Shown here piece by piece: positions 12,996 to 26,218 of a DNA stretch of 64,000 bases; the stretch's first letter is position 1; the number at the start of each line of letters is the position of its first letter. The notes under the pieces were generated by a model that did not search any database, was not told the origin of the DNA, and saw nothing but the letters and a program-made list of their open reading frames with translations. Source of the stretch: Eledone cirrhosa (taxonomy: Eukaryota); contig OZ024741.1 of the NCBI GenBank assembly GCA_964016885.1, positions 300,328,001-300,392,000 of the forward strand, given 5' to 3'. Made by a program: the position numbers and the translations under genes.

Positions 12996-13530
12996 TCCAG
13001 TTAACCTCATTCTCCTCTGTATCACTATTGAGCTGACTTTTGGGATGCTCTCATACAGCTCTGAGTTTTTCCTCCTCAGTGTATACTGATTAATGTTCAG
13101 AGCCATTCCCAGCATTCTAGTGTAGCACCCATCCACCATCTGAGGGAGTTTCGTGGTCAGTGTCCAAGTCTCAGACCCGTACAGCAGCACAGACTCGACT
13201 CCAGCAATGAAGAGGCGGATTTTCAGGTCTTTACGAAGCTCCGATTCCCACACCAATCTCAAGCTGTGGCACGCCGCCCAGGCTTTGGTCTTCCTCTCAA
13301 CCACATCATCTTCCACATCATCACCGACATCCAGAGTTGACATTACACTCAGTGCTCATATGGGAGCCCCTACATGGACACACTGGAAGAGGAAGACCAA
13401 GGTTAACGTATGTTGATGCACTAAGGACAGACACTGCTCTGTTGGAGACGCAGAACATGGCAGCGATAATGAGGGACAGAGACCGCTGGAGATAACTCGT
13501 CCATGGATCTCTGGAATTTTACCCGCCCTA
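12996..13530. mobile_element. RTE-like LINE 3' fragment with internal inversion
   Basis: Minus 12996-13310 encodes KIRLFIAGVESVLLYGSETWTLT..RRMRLTG; plus from ~13316 continues HHHRHPELTLHSVLIWEPLHGHTGRGRPRLTYVD. Confidence 0.85.
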
Positions 13531-13581
<51 letters not shown>

Positions 13582-13589
13582 GAGAGAGT

Positions 13590-14222
13590 GCTGGCATATC
13601 TAAGAACTGACTAACTGTCTGATGAGGTCATAGCCATTCGATGGCTATGATCGAAATATATATAGCAGTAAATAAAGGATTATGAGTTCATGCAATTGAC
13701 TTATGTTTCGTCACTATTATAACTCCGGAACCAACATAGGTCCTTTTATATGAACATTTTTTAGTATTCTACTCTAACCATAATTTTCAGTAGTACCACT
13801 CCACTTAAATTCCTCAATTTAAGAATGACCTGTAGTATCGAATTTCATACTATAAACCTCAATTGAATATATATCTGACCAGGAATGCTTTTTGCGAAAA
13901 TCAGTCATGGAACTATTGTGATCTTGCTTGACGGTTTGAACTTTACAACACCACCTGCTTCTTTGAGGTGAAATACCAACCCTACTAACATCTACAGACT
14001 GACCAATGAGAATTAAGACTATTCCTGCTGACAACATTAACTTATTCCTAAAAAGCTCATATGTCCCAAGACTCTGATACCATCAATACTATAAACACAG
14101 AGCTGGCATATCTAAGAACCGACTAACTGCCTGATGAGGTCATAGCCATTCAATGGCTATCATCGAAATATATATAGTAGTAAATAAAGGATCATGAGTT
14201 CATACAATTGACTTATGTTTCG

Positions 14223-14228
<6 letters not shown>
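13590..14228 (+). mobile_element. Retrozyme-like / PLE pLTR element with two direct repeats, each carrying a hammerhead
   Basis: Repeats 13590-13716 and 14102-14228 (period 512); non-coding; (TA)n on both flanks. Confidence 0.8.
13614..13669 (+). ncRNA. Type I minimal hammerhead ribozyme
   Basis: actgt-CTGATGA-ggtcatagccat/atggctatgatc-GAAA-tatata-TA-gcagt; second copy at ~14126-14181. Confidence 0.85.
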
Positions 14229-14257
<29 letters not shown>

Positions 14258-14260
<3 letters not shown>

Positions 14261-14760
14261 AATAACAGATTAAAGTTTAAGCAAAGACTCGCTGCTTTCA
14301 CCCTTAACAGGATCTTCTGAAACTATAAAAATCAATCTGTGTACACAGAAGTATATATTCCAATAAACGTTACACTATATATATATATACACACACTATA
14401 TATATACATATACACACACACAGCTAGCGTCATAATGTCGTAATGCAGACAGACATACAAACAGATATTATAAAGGCGCGAGGTTTGGTGCCTAATGCGG
14501 TCCCTAGGGCATTGAAAATTTGAATTATTTTTGTTGAAAACACTCACACGACTATAAGTATTAAATGTGTACAGGTTGAAAACAATCGGTTGGGTGGTTC
14601 GCGAGATTTAGGGAGTCAGACACACAGACAGACAGACATTCTCTGTTTTACATATATATAGATTTGCTCTAGGGTTCTTCTATATTTGATATATATTTAT
14701 CCTTATCGAGCCCCCTTTGGATTTTAGTCTTCACATTTATTATTATTACTATATATATAT
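14258..14760 (-). mobile_element. Non-autonomous Helitron-like units
   Basis: 5' TC at 14662; reverse complement of the 24637-25090 family; adjoins part of a preceding unit's 3' module. Confidence 0.65.
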
Positions 14761-15244
14761 CACTTATATAGTGATATATTTATCACTTATTTTTTATCAT
14801 TTATTTTGTTTTGACCTGTTTAGCTTGATTTGGTTTTTAGCTTGAGTGGTTAATGCTTTGTTGACCACCTCTCCAGTTTTGTATGGCTTCTTAACTATTG
14901 AGCACTTGGGCCAATATCATTTCTGATTTTTGCGTTTCGCTTCGCTTTTCCTGCCCGCCGAAAATGCAATTCTCACTGAATCTTTATTTGTATATATATA
15001 TATATAACGGCGGAGTTGTGGTAAGGAACCAGATGGACGATAACGCACCAGAGTACTCAATACTTAGGGTAGTAGAGTGGTTAATATGAAAATGTATGAC
15101 TCCGACGGCAGAGCTCAAGCCGATTCGACGGCTGTTTCTGGAGTCCAGAAATAGCCATCGAAACGGCTTGAGCTCTGCCGTCGGGGGTCATACATTTTCC
15201 TATATATATATATACCAAAATATATACCAAAAATATATACCTAA

Positions 15245-16731
15245 ATGGCAATTCCATATAACTTTGCCATAAGGATTTGCACAATAGTTTCAGATAAATA
15301 CACATGCTACACACGGCTAGAATTAAAAAAATACACTTATCAGCAGAAACTACCCACCATCCCTAATCAACAATGGATTCCAACGTACCCTACAACTCGA
15401 CATCCAGGAACTCATACACCCCAAACCCAGGAATGAACCGCAACAGAAATCTCTACCATACATCTCCACACACAACCCCCTCAACTATGAGGCATTCGAC
15501 ACCATCCTCCAGAACATTCCTTTACTAAAAAGAAACCCGTGAATGAACAAAAATCCTCCAAACACACAACATCATAAAGAGCAAAAGACAACCTAAATCC
15601 ATAAAAAACATCCTCACATAAGCCTAAATCGAACCAACCCTCACAATGAACCCTACAGTAAAAAAATGGGGAAGGCCCAACTGCGGCGTATGCATAAATC
15701 TAATAGTGGGTTCAACATTCCATTTTAAACAAGGACAACATTTCACAGTTAAACACAACTTTACATGTGCGTCTGAAAACCTAATCTATGTTTTGACCTG
15801 CTCAGGTTGTCAAGAGCACTACATAGGACAGACAGAATACAGCCTCCGACAACGTTTGAACGTCCATAAATCACAAATCAAAATAGAGTAATACAGAAAG
15901 ATTGTGTTTAGGGAACATATCGCCAAGTGTGCACCCAACCAACATCCAAACTTTAAAATGTTCCCCATTTACAAATTCATAGACCACGCTACTTTCACCC
16001 ATCGTACAAATAAGGAAACGTATTTCATTAACAAATTCCAACCTCTACTTAATGCACTAAAGTTCGGACTAAACTAAAACTAGAACGAACAATGAACCAA
16101 ATCCAAATACTCTCTAAAGAGTTACCTCCCTACACCCTACCTAACCCTTTTTCTTATATAAATTAAATACCATCCATCATTTCTGTCCCACTCTGAATTA
16201 CCTCGCCTTGCATATTAACTCTCTAAAAAGGGAAATCCTATCAAACCCCAGACTACCATTGGCCTCCATCATGGATCAACTAAGCACTCTTGATATATTA
16301 AGACATTTTGATCTGCTTATCTTCAAGAACTATGCCTGTAAATAATTTTTTTTTTCTTTCACATTGCCCTATTATGTTCCACATTACCCCTCTTTTTTTT
16401 CTTTTTTCTTTTCATATGAAACACCTTGTTTGTAAATAACATTATTCTTTCTGCACCATTTCTTTAACATGTTCAACATTTTACAACAATACAAATTATT
16501 ATCAGTTAATAATGCATAAAAATGCTGAAAGCGGTAATAGACAATTATTAAATATATAATTAAATAAATAAATGCCATTGTTAATTAATAAATAAATTAA
16601 CTAATATCTTAACACTTCACACAAAGTAAAATAATTTTTTTTAATCATTTTCTAACCCAGAAAAAAGAGAAAAAAAAATAAAAAGGAAAAAATTATATTT
16701 TTCTTCCTAATAATCGTCTTTTTCTCCCTGT

Positions 16732-16740
<9 letters not shown>
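15245..16740 (+). mobile_element. Penelope-like element 3' half (Neptune-like GIY-YIG), decayed
   Basis: NCGVC..NFTCASENLIYVLTCSGCQEHYIGQT..LRQRLNVHKSQI (15646-15891); AT-rich 3' region ending at (TA)n; clade tentative. Confidence 0.8.
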
Positions 16741-16780
<40 letters not shown>

Positions 16781-16885
16781 ATATAGAAATGACTTCTACA
16801 GGACTAGAACTGTTTCATTCGGAAGACTCTGCTTTGTATTGAGAACGTTAGTTACTGTGCTTACCCCGATTGGACCCGGGATAAA

Positions 16886-16942
<57 letters not shown>

Positions 16943-16997
16943 ATGTGTGTGTGTGTATATATATATATACATACATATATATAGGTGTGTATATATG

Positions 16998-17030
<33 letters not shown>

Positions 17031-17149
17031 GTATGTGTACGTATGTTTCTAAGTCTATTTACATATGTGTGTTTAAGTATGTGTATGAATGTGTCTATGT
17101 ATGTAGGTGTATATGACATTGGATGGCAACAGTCCACTTTTACCTATCA

Positions 17150-18130
17150 GATATGGTTGCTTTGGCCTCCGGTCCCTGACCTCGCTGGCTTTGCCGGCGT
17201 TTCTTTCGTCGGTGACCTCATGATGCGTCACCGTCATAAGGGACTTCCAAAACACAATGGAACCCTCTCTGATCGGGGAACCTGAGGCCGCCTGTGAGAC
17301 GTGGGACCGGCTGGGACTTAGCCCAGTAGACATCCCTCTTCAATCGTTCCCTGCTGACGTCAAGTGTCCCCAAAGCATTTGGGATGCATCCAGTGCAGAC
17401 TGGCCTCAGACAGGCTCACGCGTCAGCTCGACCAGCACGGCCTTGCCTGTTTTCGCGCGGCCTCCAAACCCCACAGTGGTGCCTGGCTCCAAGCCTTGAT
17501 CACCTTCGCTACAGGCACACAGCTGGATAACAAGAGCCTGCGCATCGGCGTTTCTCCGTGGCTTGGCAGGCGAATCTACAAGCCACATAAATACTGCTGT
17601 GGATCCACCGTGAACTCTTTCGGCCTCCCCCCACTTTCCTGTCGCCACAGTGCCGGCCGCCTTCCATGCTATGCTGCCCTCAACGAGGTCATAAAACATG
17701 ACTTGGATGCTGCAGACTTCCCCTCCAGGCTCGAACCGGTGGGGCTGGACCGAGGGGACGGCAAAAGGGCAGACGGTATGACTATCTTTCCGTTCCGCGT
17801 TGGTAAACCCCTCGTCTGTGATGCCACTTGCAGCGACACTTTCTCCAGCCGTAACCTGGTGCAGTATGCGACTAACCCAGGTTTTGCTGCACGTCGGGCT
17901 GAGGAGGCCAAACTCTCCAAGTACCAGTCACTCTCCCACAGGTTTGCGGTCGTGCCCTTGGCAGTGGAGACGTCTGGTGTCCTTGGCCCTAGGGCTACCT
18001 CCCTACTCACCACCATAGGCGCTGAGGTGGCCAGCCGCAGGTATTAGCCTCGCAAGTTGGAATGGTTCTTCCAGCGCATCGCTCTTACCTTCCTCCGGGA
18101 AAACGCCATCCATCTCCATTCTGTTCGCCG
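17150..18130 (+). mobile_element. CRE-like RLE non-LTR retrotransposon C-terminal fragment
   Basis: SGAWLQAL..SLRIGV..CCG..LSC..GR..ALNEVIK..LEPVGLDRGDGKRADG..DATC.DT..EEAKLSKY..PLAVETSGVLG (PD-D/ExK-type endonuclease). Confidence 0.8.
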
Positions 18131-18623
18131 GGCCTGTGGGGAGGCCAGCACGCGGGACCCCATTTGCTCACCCTACAGAGAGATGGGGAGGGCAGGGGGA
18201 ATGGAAGCGATGAAAGTGGGAGTTTGGCACTTCCACGTTCGGCCCATATCCTTGTGGTTGTGTTCATTATCTATAGAGATCATTTTTTTATATTATCTAG
18301 TGATTCTGACCATTTCTCTACAAATAAGTTAAATATACCTCCTTCTGTATTTTGAGTATATGTAGGGATCTGTATGTGAGTACATGCGTACCAGAGATTT
18401 GTATGTGTAAGTCGCTATCTATCTTGTCTTTCATGTCCGATCTTTACCCCTCCCCATCCCCTTCTCTCCCCCACTACTTGCAAAGGACGGCCCTTAGTGT
18501 GAGTATAGCCTATCGAACGCTTCAACCAAGTCTAGAAGTGGAAGGCAAGCAGATGGTCTTCCATGCATGAATGCACACGACAGCTTGATCGGATGAGAGA
18601 TGGACGTTACTTCGAGGATAGAC

Positions 18624-18691
<68 letters not shown>
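18624..18691 (+). repeat. (GAT)n microsatellite, probably a LINE tail
   Basis: ~22 perfect GAT units. Confidence 0.9.
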
Positions 18692-18693
<2 letters not shown>

Positions 18694-18759
18694 ATAATGA
18701 AATAATGAGTGGACGCAAAATACCACGTTGTTAGAATGAGCTGTATATATTTACTAACT

Positions 18760-19710
18760 GGAAAATTTAACGCACAATCAAAAACCCGGCTGATGCTGCC
18801 CTTTTACAACAAAATCTGGATACCATATACAAATGGGCTGAAGACAACAACATGCAGTTTAATGCTGGAAAATTTAAAGCCCTACAAAACCAACCTGCAA
18901 TCACAAATACAATACAACACAGCTACACCGGGCCAGGAGGGATCGAAATCCCCGTGTCGAAATCGATACTAGACCTGGGAATAGACATGACCAACGATGC
19001 ATCTTTTTCTTCCCACATCTTGAAGGTTGCGACAATGTGCAGATGACTCGCTGGCTGGATCTTGAGTACTTTCCGGGCAAGAGACTGAGAGACCATGTTG
19101 ATATTATGGAGGACCTTTGTCCTAATCCGCCTGGACTATTGCTCCCAGCTGTGGTCACGCCATAGTATCAAACTTATCACGGAGCTTGAGGCAATCCAAC
19201 GAAGCTACACCAAGAGGATTGCGACGATGACGGAGATAAGCTACTGGGAGAGGCTAAAAGAACTGAACCTCTACTCCTTGGAACGAAGAGGGGAGAGCTA
19301 CGTAGTGATATACATATGGCACCAAACTTTGGTATCGGGAGCTGGACCAACCCCCAAACAGGACGTCACAGTGTGGTACCAAAGGTCCCGTCTTTCAATT
19401 CTAGAATAAATAGCATATATTGCATAGCCTTTGGTTGAAAGACCCTCAAGTTTTTATCAAGCTGCCAAGAAATATGAGAGATCTGCATGGTGGGGACATG
19501 GATGTTTTCAAGAAATATCTTGACACTCTGTTATCGAGAATCCCGGACGAGCCCACAACACGGAACGAAGTTAACCTAAGGTCAACAACAACGGACTCCC
19601 TCTTACACCAATAGCCAGCCAACACAGGCTGGAGATAGAACGTGTAGCAACAAGGGTGCGGCCCCAGTATGGCCTCAGCGGAATGGCTGGAACAGGTAAA
19701 AGAGTAAAAT
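18760..19710 (+). mobile_element. CR1/L2-group LINE 3' fragment
   Basis: KWAEDNNMQFNAGKF, RLDYCSQLWS, LEAIQRSYTKRI, YWERLKELNLYSLERR, FKKYLD.LL..IPDEP. Confidence 0.85.
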
Positions 19711-19712
19711 AG

Positions 19713-19758
<46 letters not shown>

Positions 19759-20609
19759 ATGTGTGTGTATCTGTATGTGTGTGTGTGAGTGTGTATGTGT
19801 GTGTGGGTATAAGCTCTATGTTTAAGTGTAAGTGTTCATCAATGATTTTATTGAAATCCATATAATAATTTTAAAAAAAGCAATTTCTATTAATATCCGT
19901 TTTGTTTTTAATACAAATAAGAATTCACACATATATGTTGTCACAGTTGCTCGTTTCACTGCTTCTATATTTATCATTCAATGAATTGGAGACTAGCCCG
20001 CGACTTTATGTATATATGCATGTGTGAATGTTAGTTGCTGTGTATATATCAGAAACTATTGTAAAGAATCACATTTTATTCATTCATTAGAATATGAATT
20101 GTACAAATCAGGCCAGTGTTATAAATATTGCAAATGACTCAAAATAACTCGTTAGGTGTAATGTATTTTATATTCAATATAATTGATTTTGGATATTTTG
20201 AACGAGTGGTAATCATCTACATTATATTTTACTCACCAACATAAATTATTGCGCCATCTCATAACTACAACATGTATAATAATTCTAATATTCATTTTTA
20301 ATTAAAATAGCTTCAGAATCTGAAATTCCAATAGTGTTTCAATTCCTCTATTCTACTTAATTGTGTCTTCGTCTGTGGTTCAGCTTTTCAGTAATACGTT
20401 TTTTGTCTATTATTACTATAGAAAAAGCTTGTTATAATTTGCGATGTTTCATTTATTTATTTACACACACATGAATATCCGAACGCATATGTAATTGTAT
20501 TTACAACTCCAAGAATGTATTTATATGTATGTACGTATGCATGCAGGCATGTACGTTTTATGTGTGTATGCACATATATATACACACACACACACATACA
20601 CGCGCGCGC

Positions 20610-20640
<31 letters not shown>

Positions 20641-20659
20641 TATATATATATAAAAAAGC

Positions 20660-20868
20660 AACGATCGACTTTCGTGAAATAGGACCGGGGAAACAATGTT
20701 TCCATCGGTCTTTCCAATTGTTAATACTATCTATCGGGCGCAACTCCAGGTAGAAGGAGCAACGTAAAATAAGGTGCCTTGCTAAAGTACATAACGCATC
20801 GGCCAGTCCGGAAATCGAACTCACAACCTCACGATTGTGAATCCCATTCTCTAACCACTCAGCCTCAC
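20660..20868 (-). mobile_element. tRNA-derived SINE (second family, CORE-like)
   Basis: Minus strand: ggctgagtggttaga (A box)..gagttcgatttcc (B box)..tttagcaaggcacctta. Confidence 0.7.
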
Positions 20869-20944
20869 ACATCCACATACAAACACACACACCCACACAC
20901 ATACCCACACATCTCCCCCCCCCCCACATATATATATATATAAT

Positions 20945-20992
<48 letters not shown>

Positions 20993-21002
20993 CATATATA
21001 TA

Positions 21003-21702
21003 TCATTATCTATAAAAGGCAGATTTTTTGTGTCTGTATGTATGTTTCAATTTTATACATTTACACAATTCCAAAAATATTGAATGAATAATTAAGCAGA
21101 ATGTTTACAAATATTCTAACTTGGGTCATGGGCGACCTTATTGGGTAAAAAATGCCACAATTACGGAAAAATCGATTTATTTCAACAATCGATGATTTCT
21201 CCTCTCTCCTATGATATACGTTTCCTATATCTACTCCCATTCATCACCTCCCCTTAAAATTGCTACCTTCTCTTATAAGTGTTTGTGAAAAAGAGAAACA
21301 TTGAAAAAAAACATATACACACATTATGTGGGTTCATACACACACATATATGTTGGTATGGTTACGATTGACGTCATAGAAACAAGAGCGCGGGAATTTC
21401 AATCAATCAACGCATACACAGTTTGTTTTAGAAATAACAAGAGCATATAATGATAAAGAGATCGGCCTTACACTTTCAAACTAAATTTGTCTGTATAAGT
21501 AACATTAACCCTTTATTTTCGACATAAAAATACACACATACATACAAATACCTGTAAATATTTTTTGGGGGGCCTTTCTTATCAATCTTTTTACATTCAA
21601 TTATCAGCCTTATACTTTCAAAGTCAATTTTTATGTTGAAGTAACTTTCAAACTTTAATACATACATACATACATACATACATACATACATACATACATA
21701 CA

Positions 21703-21734
<32 letters not shown>

Positions 21735-24106
21735 CACACATACATACAAATACCTGTCACTTAATTTACACACACATCGGCCTTACACTTTCATACACAC
21801 ATACATACATATACACACATACATACAAATACCTGTCACTTAATTTACACACACATCGGCCTTACACTTTCAAACTAAATTTGTCTGTAGAAGTAACTTT
21901 AACCCTTTCTTTTCGACATAAAAATACACACATACATACAAATAGCTGTACATTTTTTTGTTGGGGGGGGGGCTTTTCTTATCAATCTTTTTACATTCAA
22001 TTATCAGCCTTATACTTTCAAAGTCAATTTTTATGTTGAAGTAACTTTCACCCTTTATTTTTCGATACCCATTTACTTTCTAACATTTGTATCTCAACAA
22101 CAAAAACAATATTCATAAACAGACAGTAGACTTTCAAAGTCAATTTTTCTGTAGAAGTAACTTTCACCCTTTCTTTTGGACATAAAATGCCATCTAAAAA
22201 GCGAAATCGCGTTCAAGCGTAACAGTCGACGGCGAGAAGCTGCACGCGGTGTGACGAGCCCCAACAGCCCTTACTGGCACCTACGGGCTTTCAAGTATGA
22301 GCAAAACGTTAATTACTCGATGCGCTCTGACATAAATATAGGCGAGATACGCTTCAATTGCCAATTCTGCAATGCTACAAAGTGGGCTGGGGAGCCACCT
22401 GCAATTTGCTGCTTAAACCGTAACGTCACCTTGCCCCCTCTTCCGCAACCGCCAGAGCCTTTGAAAGAACTACTGACTGGCTATACCTCAAGGTAAAAAA
22501 AAAAAACCCCGGATCCCCCCAATAAAAGACGCTCCTGGGGGTACCGGAAAAACTTTTGTAACGAATTTGATTCTCGCTAAGATTCGTCAGGAGAAAAAAG
22601 TTTCGTTGTCCGTTGCATCGTCCGGGATCGCTGCTACTTTGCTGCCGGGAGGCAGGACAGCACATTCAACCTTTAAACTCCCTTTGGATTTAGTAAAAAT
22701 TGAGACACCAACATGCAATATCAGCAAGAGTTCACACAAAGCTATGGTTCTCAAAAGATGTTGCCTCATTGTTTGGGATGAGTGCACAATGGCACACAAG
22801 GGTGCCCTTGAGGCATTGGACAGGGCCTGGAAAGACATTAGGGATTCTACGGCTCCTATGGGTGGCGTAACCCTTCTGCTATCAGGGGATTTTCGGAAAA
22901 CGCTGCCTGTCATCCCCAAATGGACAAGAGCTGATGAAGTGCGTGCCTGTCTTAAGTCATCCATGTTGTGGCTCCAGGTGAATAGTTTGTAACTGAGCAC
23001 AAATATGCGTGCTCATTTGCATGGTGACAACATGTCTGCAGCACAGAACATTTTAGCACTTGGTGAGGGCAAGATCCCTGCGAATGACAAGGGCGGCATA
23101 GCAATCGACACCCTGTGCAACATTGTGAGCAAAACTTCTGACCTTTGGGAAGCAGTTTTTCCTAATGTCTCATCTAACTTTAAAAACCTCGATTGGCTCA
23201 GCGAAAGAGCCATCCTTGCTCCGAAAAATACCATGGTTAATTTTATTAACGAGCAGCTGATTGAAAAGATTCCCGGTAAAGAGCACATCTTCAAATCAGA
23301 CCCCGACGATATCGTTAATTATCCGGTTGAGTTATTAAATCTCCTTGAGCCTCCAGGGCTCCCGCCTCACATTATTAAGCTTAGGGTTGGCTGTCCCATT
23401 ATGATAATAAGGAACTTGCGTCCACCAAAGCAGTGCAACGCTACTCGCATGGTCGTCAAGTCACTGACACCCACTTGATTGAGGCCACCATTGTAACGGG
23501 GTGCGGAAGAGGGGAGAATGTTTTCATTCCAAGGATGAACCTTTTCCCTTCGGCGTCAAATATCCCGTTCGATTTCCGACGATCCCAATTCCGGGTGAGA
23601 CCATGTTTTGCCATGTCCATTTACAAGTCACAAGGGCAAACATTGTCGGTGGCGGGCATCCATTTTGAGGAGCCATGCTTCTCCCATGGCCAACTTTATG
23701 TTGCCTGTTCCCGCGCAGGGAGCAGGAATGGACTTTTTGCTTACTCTCCTCAAGGGATGACACGCAATATCGTCTACAAAGAGGTACTATAGATGTTGGT
23801 GCAGGTGTTGGAGCTATGCCGTCTGGAACACTATTTCCTTGTAGGGTATCTCATGGCGGACAGATCTGACACCCAGCGGCATCAGGGCCACCATCTTGCA
23901 ACTTTGGTCTCCTAAATTCGCTATTGGAGGATTATTAACCCATCATTGATTGACCAAAATGCTAATTGGTTCGTAACTTTTAATAATCGGTTCAACTGCT
24001 TTATGCACTAAATTGATAAGCTTATTCGCTTTCAAACCACGTTTACCTGTATGTAACTTTTCATAGCAAATGAACAAACCCGAGCAACGCCGGGCTAAAG
24101 TGCTAG
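21003..24106 (+). mobile_element. Internally deleted Helitron with PIF1 helicase remnants
   Basis: 5' TC at 21003; 3' hairpin cccgagcaacgccggg + CTAG (24103-06) in A|T context; zinc finger CQFCNATKWAGE..CC; PIF1 motifs GTGK, GIAATLLPGGRTAHS, WDEC, GDFRKTLPV, KSQGQTL, HGQLYVACSR. Confidence 0.92.
22540..23792 (+). pseudogene. PIF1-like helicase of Helitron (disrupted)
   Basis: ORFs 22567-22992, 23005-23478 and 23433-23792 cover the helicase motifs with a stop and a frameshift. Confidence 0.88.
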
Positions 24107-24179
24107 TATATATATATTTCTGTGTGTGTATATATATATATATATATTACACACACACAGAAATGTATATATGTTTCTG

Positions 24180-24472
24180 TAGCACTCCTCAATTCCTCCC
24201 TCTCTCCCTCCCGCTATCCCCCTCTTGTAGTCTGTCTCTTTCTTTCACTCTCACTCTCTCTCTACGCATGCGCAAAAAACATTCGCACGCGCGCACGTGT
24301 TTTAGCGTCTATTCACCCCCCCCCCCCCCCGCGATCCCCCTCTCGTAGTCTGTCTCTTTCTTTCACTCTCACTCTCTCTCTACGCGTGCGCAAAAAACAT
24401 TCGCACGCGCGTACGTGTGTCCACTGTCGGACAGACAGACAGAGAAATTGCTGGTTATGTATTATAAGGAGA
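24180..24472 (-). mobile_element. Probable non-autonomous Helitron 5' fragment with ~118-bp internal tandem duplication
   Basis: Minus strand starts TCTCCTTATAATAC..tctgtctgtctgtc; duplicated block at 24213-24420. Confidence 0.45.
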
Positions 24473-24484
24473 TATATATATAAT

Positions 24485-25081
24485 TATATATTCGTGTACA
24501 GATATTTTTGCATACACAATAACAAAATATAAATAAACGTATTTATTTCACAAGGCTCAATAAGGATAAATATATATCAAATATATATATAAGAACTCTA
24601 GAGCAAATCCCGAGTAACGCCGGGCCATTCTGTTAGTTTATATATCTAAAACAGAGAATGTGTGTCTGTCTGTCTGACTCCCTCAAACTCGAGAACCACC
24701 CAACCGATTGTCTTCAAACTTTACACATGTAATACTTATGCTCCTGTGACTGTTGTGAGCAAAAAATATTTGAAATTTTCAATGCCCTAGGGACCACATT
24801 AGGCGATTTAGCGATCTCTCTCTATAATTCTTAGTCTTTCTTTTTAGATAAATACATAGATATAACGTTGCGCCCTTATAATATTTGTCTGTATGTCTGG
24901 CTGTCTGACATTATGACGTTATATCTGTGTGTATATATTGTATATATAGTGTGTGTGTATATATATAGTGTGTAACGTTTTTCGAAATATTTACTTCTGC
25001 GTTCACAGATTGATTTTTTAGTTTCAGAAGATCCCGTTAAGGGTAAAAGCAGCGATTCTTTGCTTAAACGTTAATCTGTTA

Positions 25082-25153
<72 letters not shown>

Positions 25154-25299
25154 CATATTCGTGTTCAGATAGTTTTGCATACACAACAACACAATATAAA
25201 CAAACGTATTTATTTCACGAGGCTCGATAAGGATAAATATCTGTCAAATATATAAGAACCCTAGAGCAAATCCCGAGCAACGCCGGGCCATTCTGCTAG
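24485..25299 (+). mobile_element. Head-to-tail tandem non-autonomous Helitron
   Basis: 3' hairpin + TTAG at 24609-36 abuts a new 5' end at 24637; second hairpin + CTAG at 25272-99; 24485-24636 duplicates 25150-25299. Confidence 0.8.
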
Positions 25300-26136
25300 T
25301 ATATATATAGCTGCTGATCGAACTTCGAATATGCTGTACTATTGTATTACTATCTCCTAGACATAATGATTAATTGATTAATTTAATTTGACAATTCCAT
25401 TGATTGGTTAATTATTTAAGTTTGTTTAATAACGGTCTGGTTGAGTGCTTAATTCAGTGTGTGCATGGAATTTTTTCCATTGCTCATAATTTTTGAATTG
25501 GCCACCATAAACCGGGGTTACCCCCCTTTGCAGTAACATGTGCTTCACACCGGGTTTGGGGTTAGAACGAAAGCCTGTTGAGAAAGTAAATTCCCCTGTT
25601 CGATCTTCCAGAAGCCTAACTTGTATAACAAGCGGATTTTGTTGATTTGGGATTTACAGAAACCTCACTTAGATATTCAGTCATTTCGAAGTGATAGTCC
25701 AGGTATGTAATCTATACAGATATGTGCATATATGTATGTATGTATGAGATTCTTGTATGTATATATGTGTGTGTATATATCCTTTTCTCACTAGTCAGTT
25801 CCTTCATTGCTACAGATCACGCGGCTGAATTAGCGGTCGCTATTTTCAATTTGCAAAGCACTTTAAACTGTATCTTATTACTCTGAGGTCTATACATTGT
25901 CGAGTGCTTGGCTGCACTGCTAAAGGCATTCGTTGGCTTAGCTGCTGATCGAACTTCGAATATGCTGTAGTATTGTATATATATATATATAAAATTTAAA
26001 AAAAAAAATATATATATAATAAGAATATATATATGTATATATATATATTAAAAAATTGGTCTTTTTGGAAGCCTACATATATATATATATATACATACAT
26101 ACATGTGTGTGTGTGTGCATGTGTGTGTGTGTATGA

Positions 26137-26218
<82 letters not shown>

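Noticed and set aside
16500-16545. TTAATAA-tgcat/atgc-GAAA in the PLE 3' region
   Set aside because: G5 is absent and there is no stem I
18494-18718. Poly-His ORF
   Set aside because: Antisense reading of the (GAT)n repeat
21460-22180. Repeated ~30-300 bp blocks resembling an array
   Set aside because: Irregular internal duplications of a Helitron; no repeat-spacer periodicity, so not CRISPR
22540-23792. Plus-strand PIF1 as the missing half of the 41388 RepHel
   Set aside because: The overlapping region is clearly divergent and each element has its own termini
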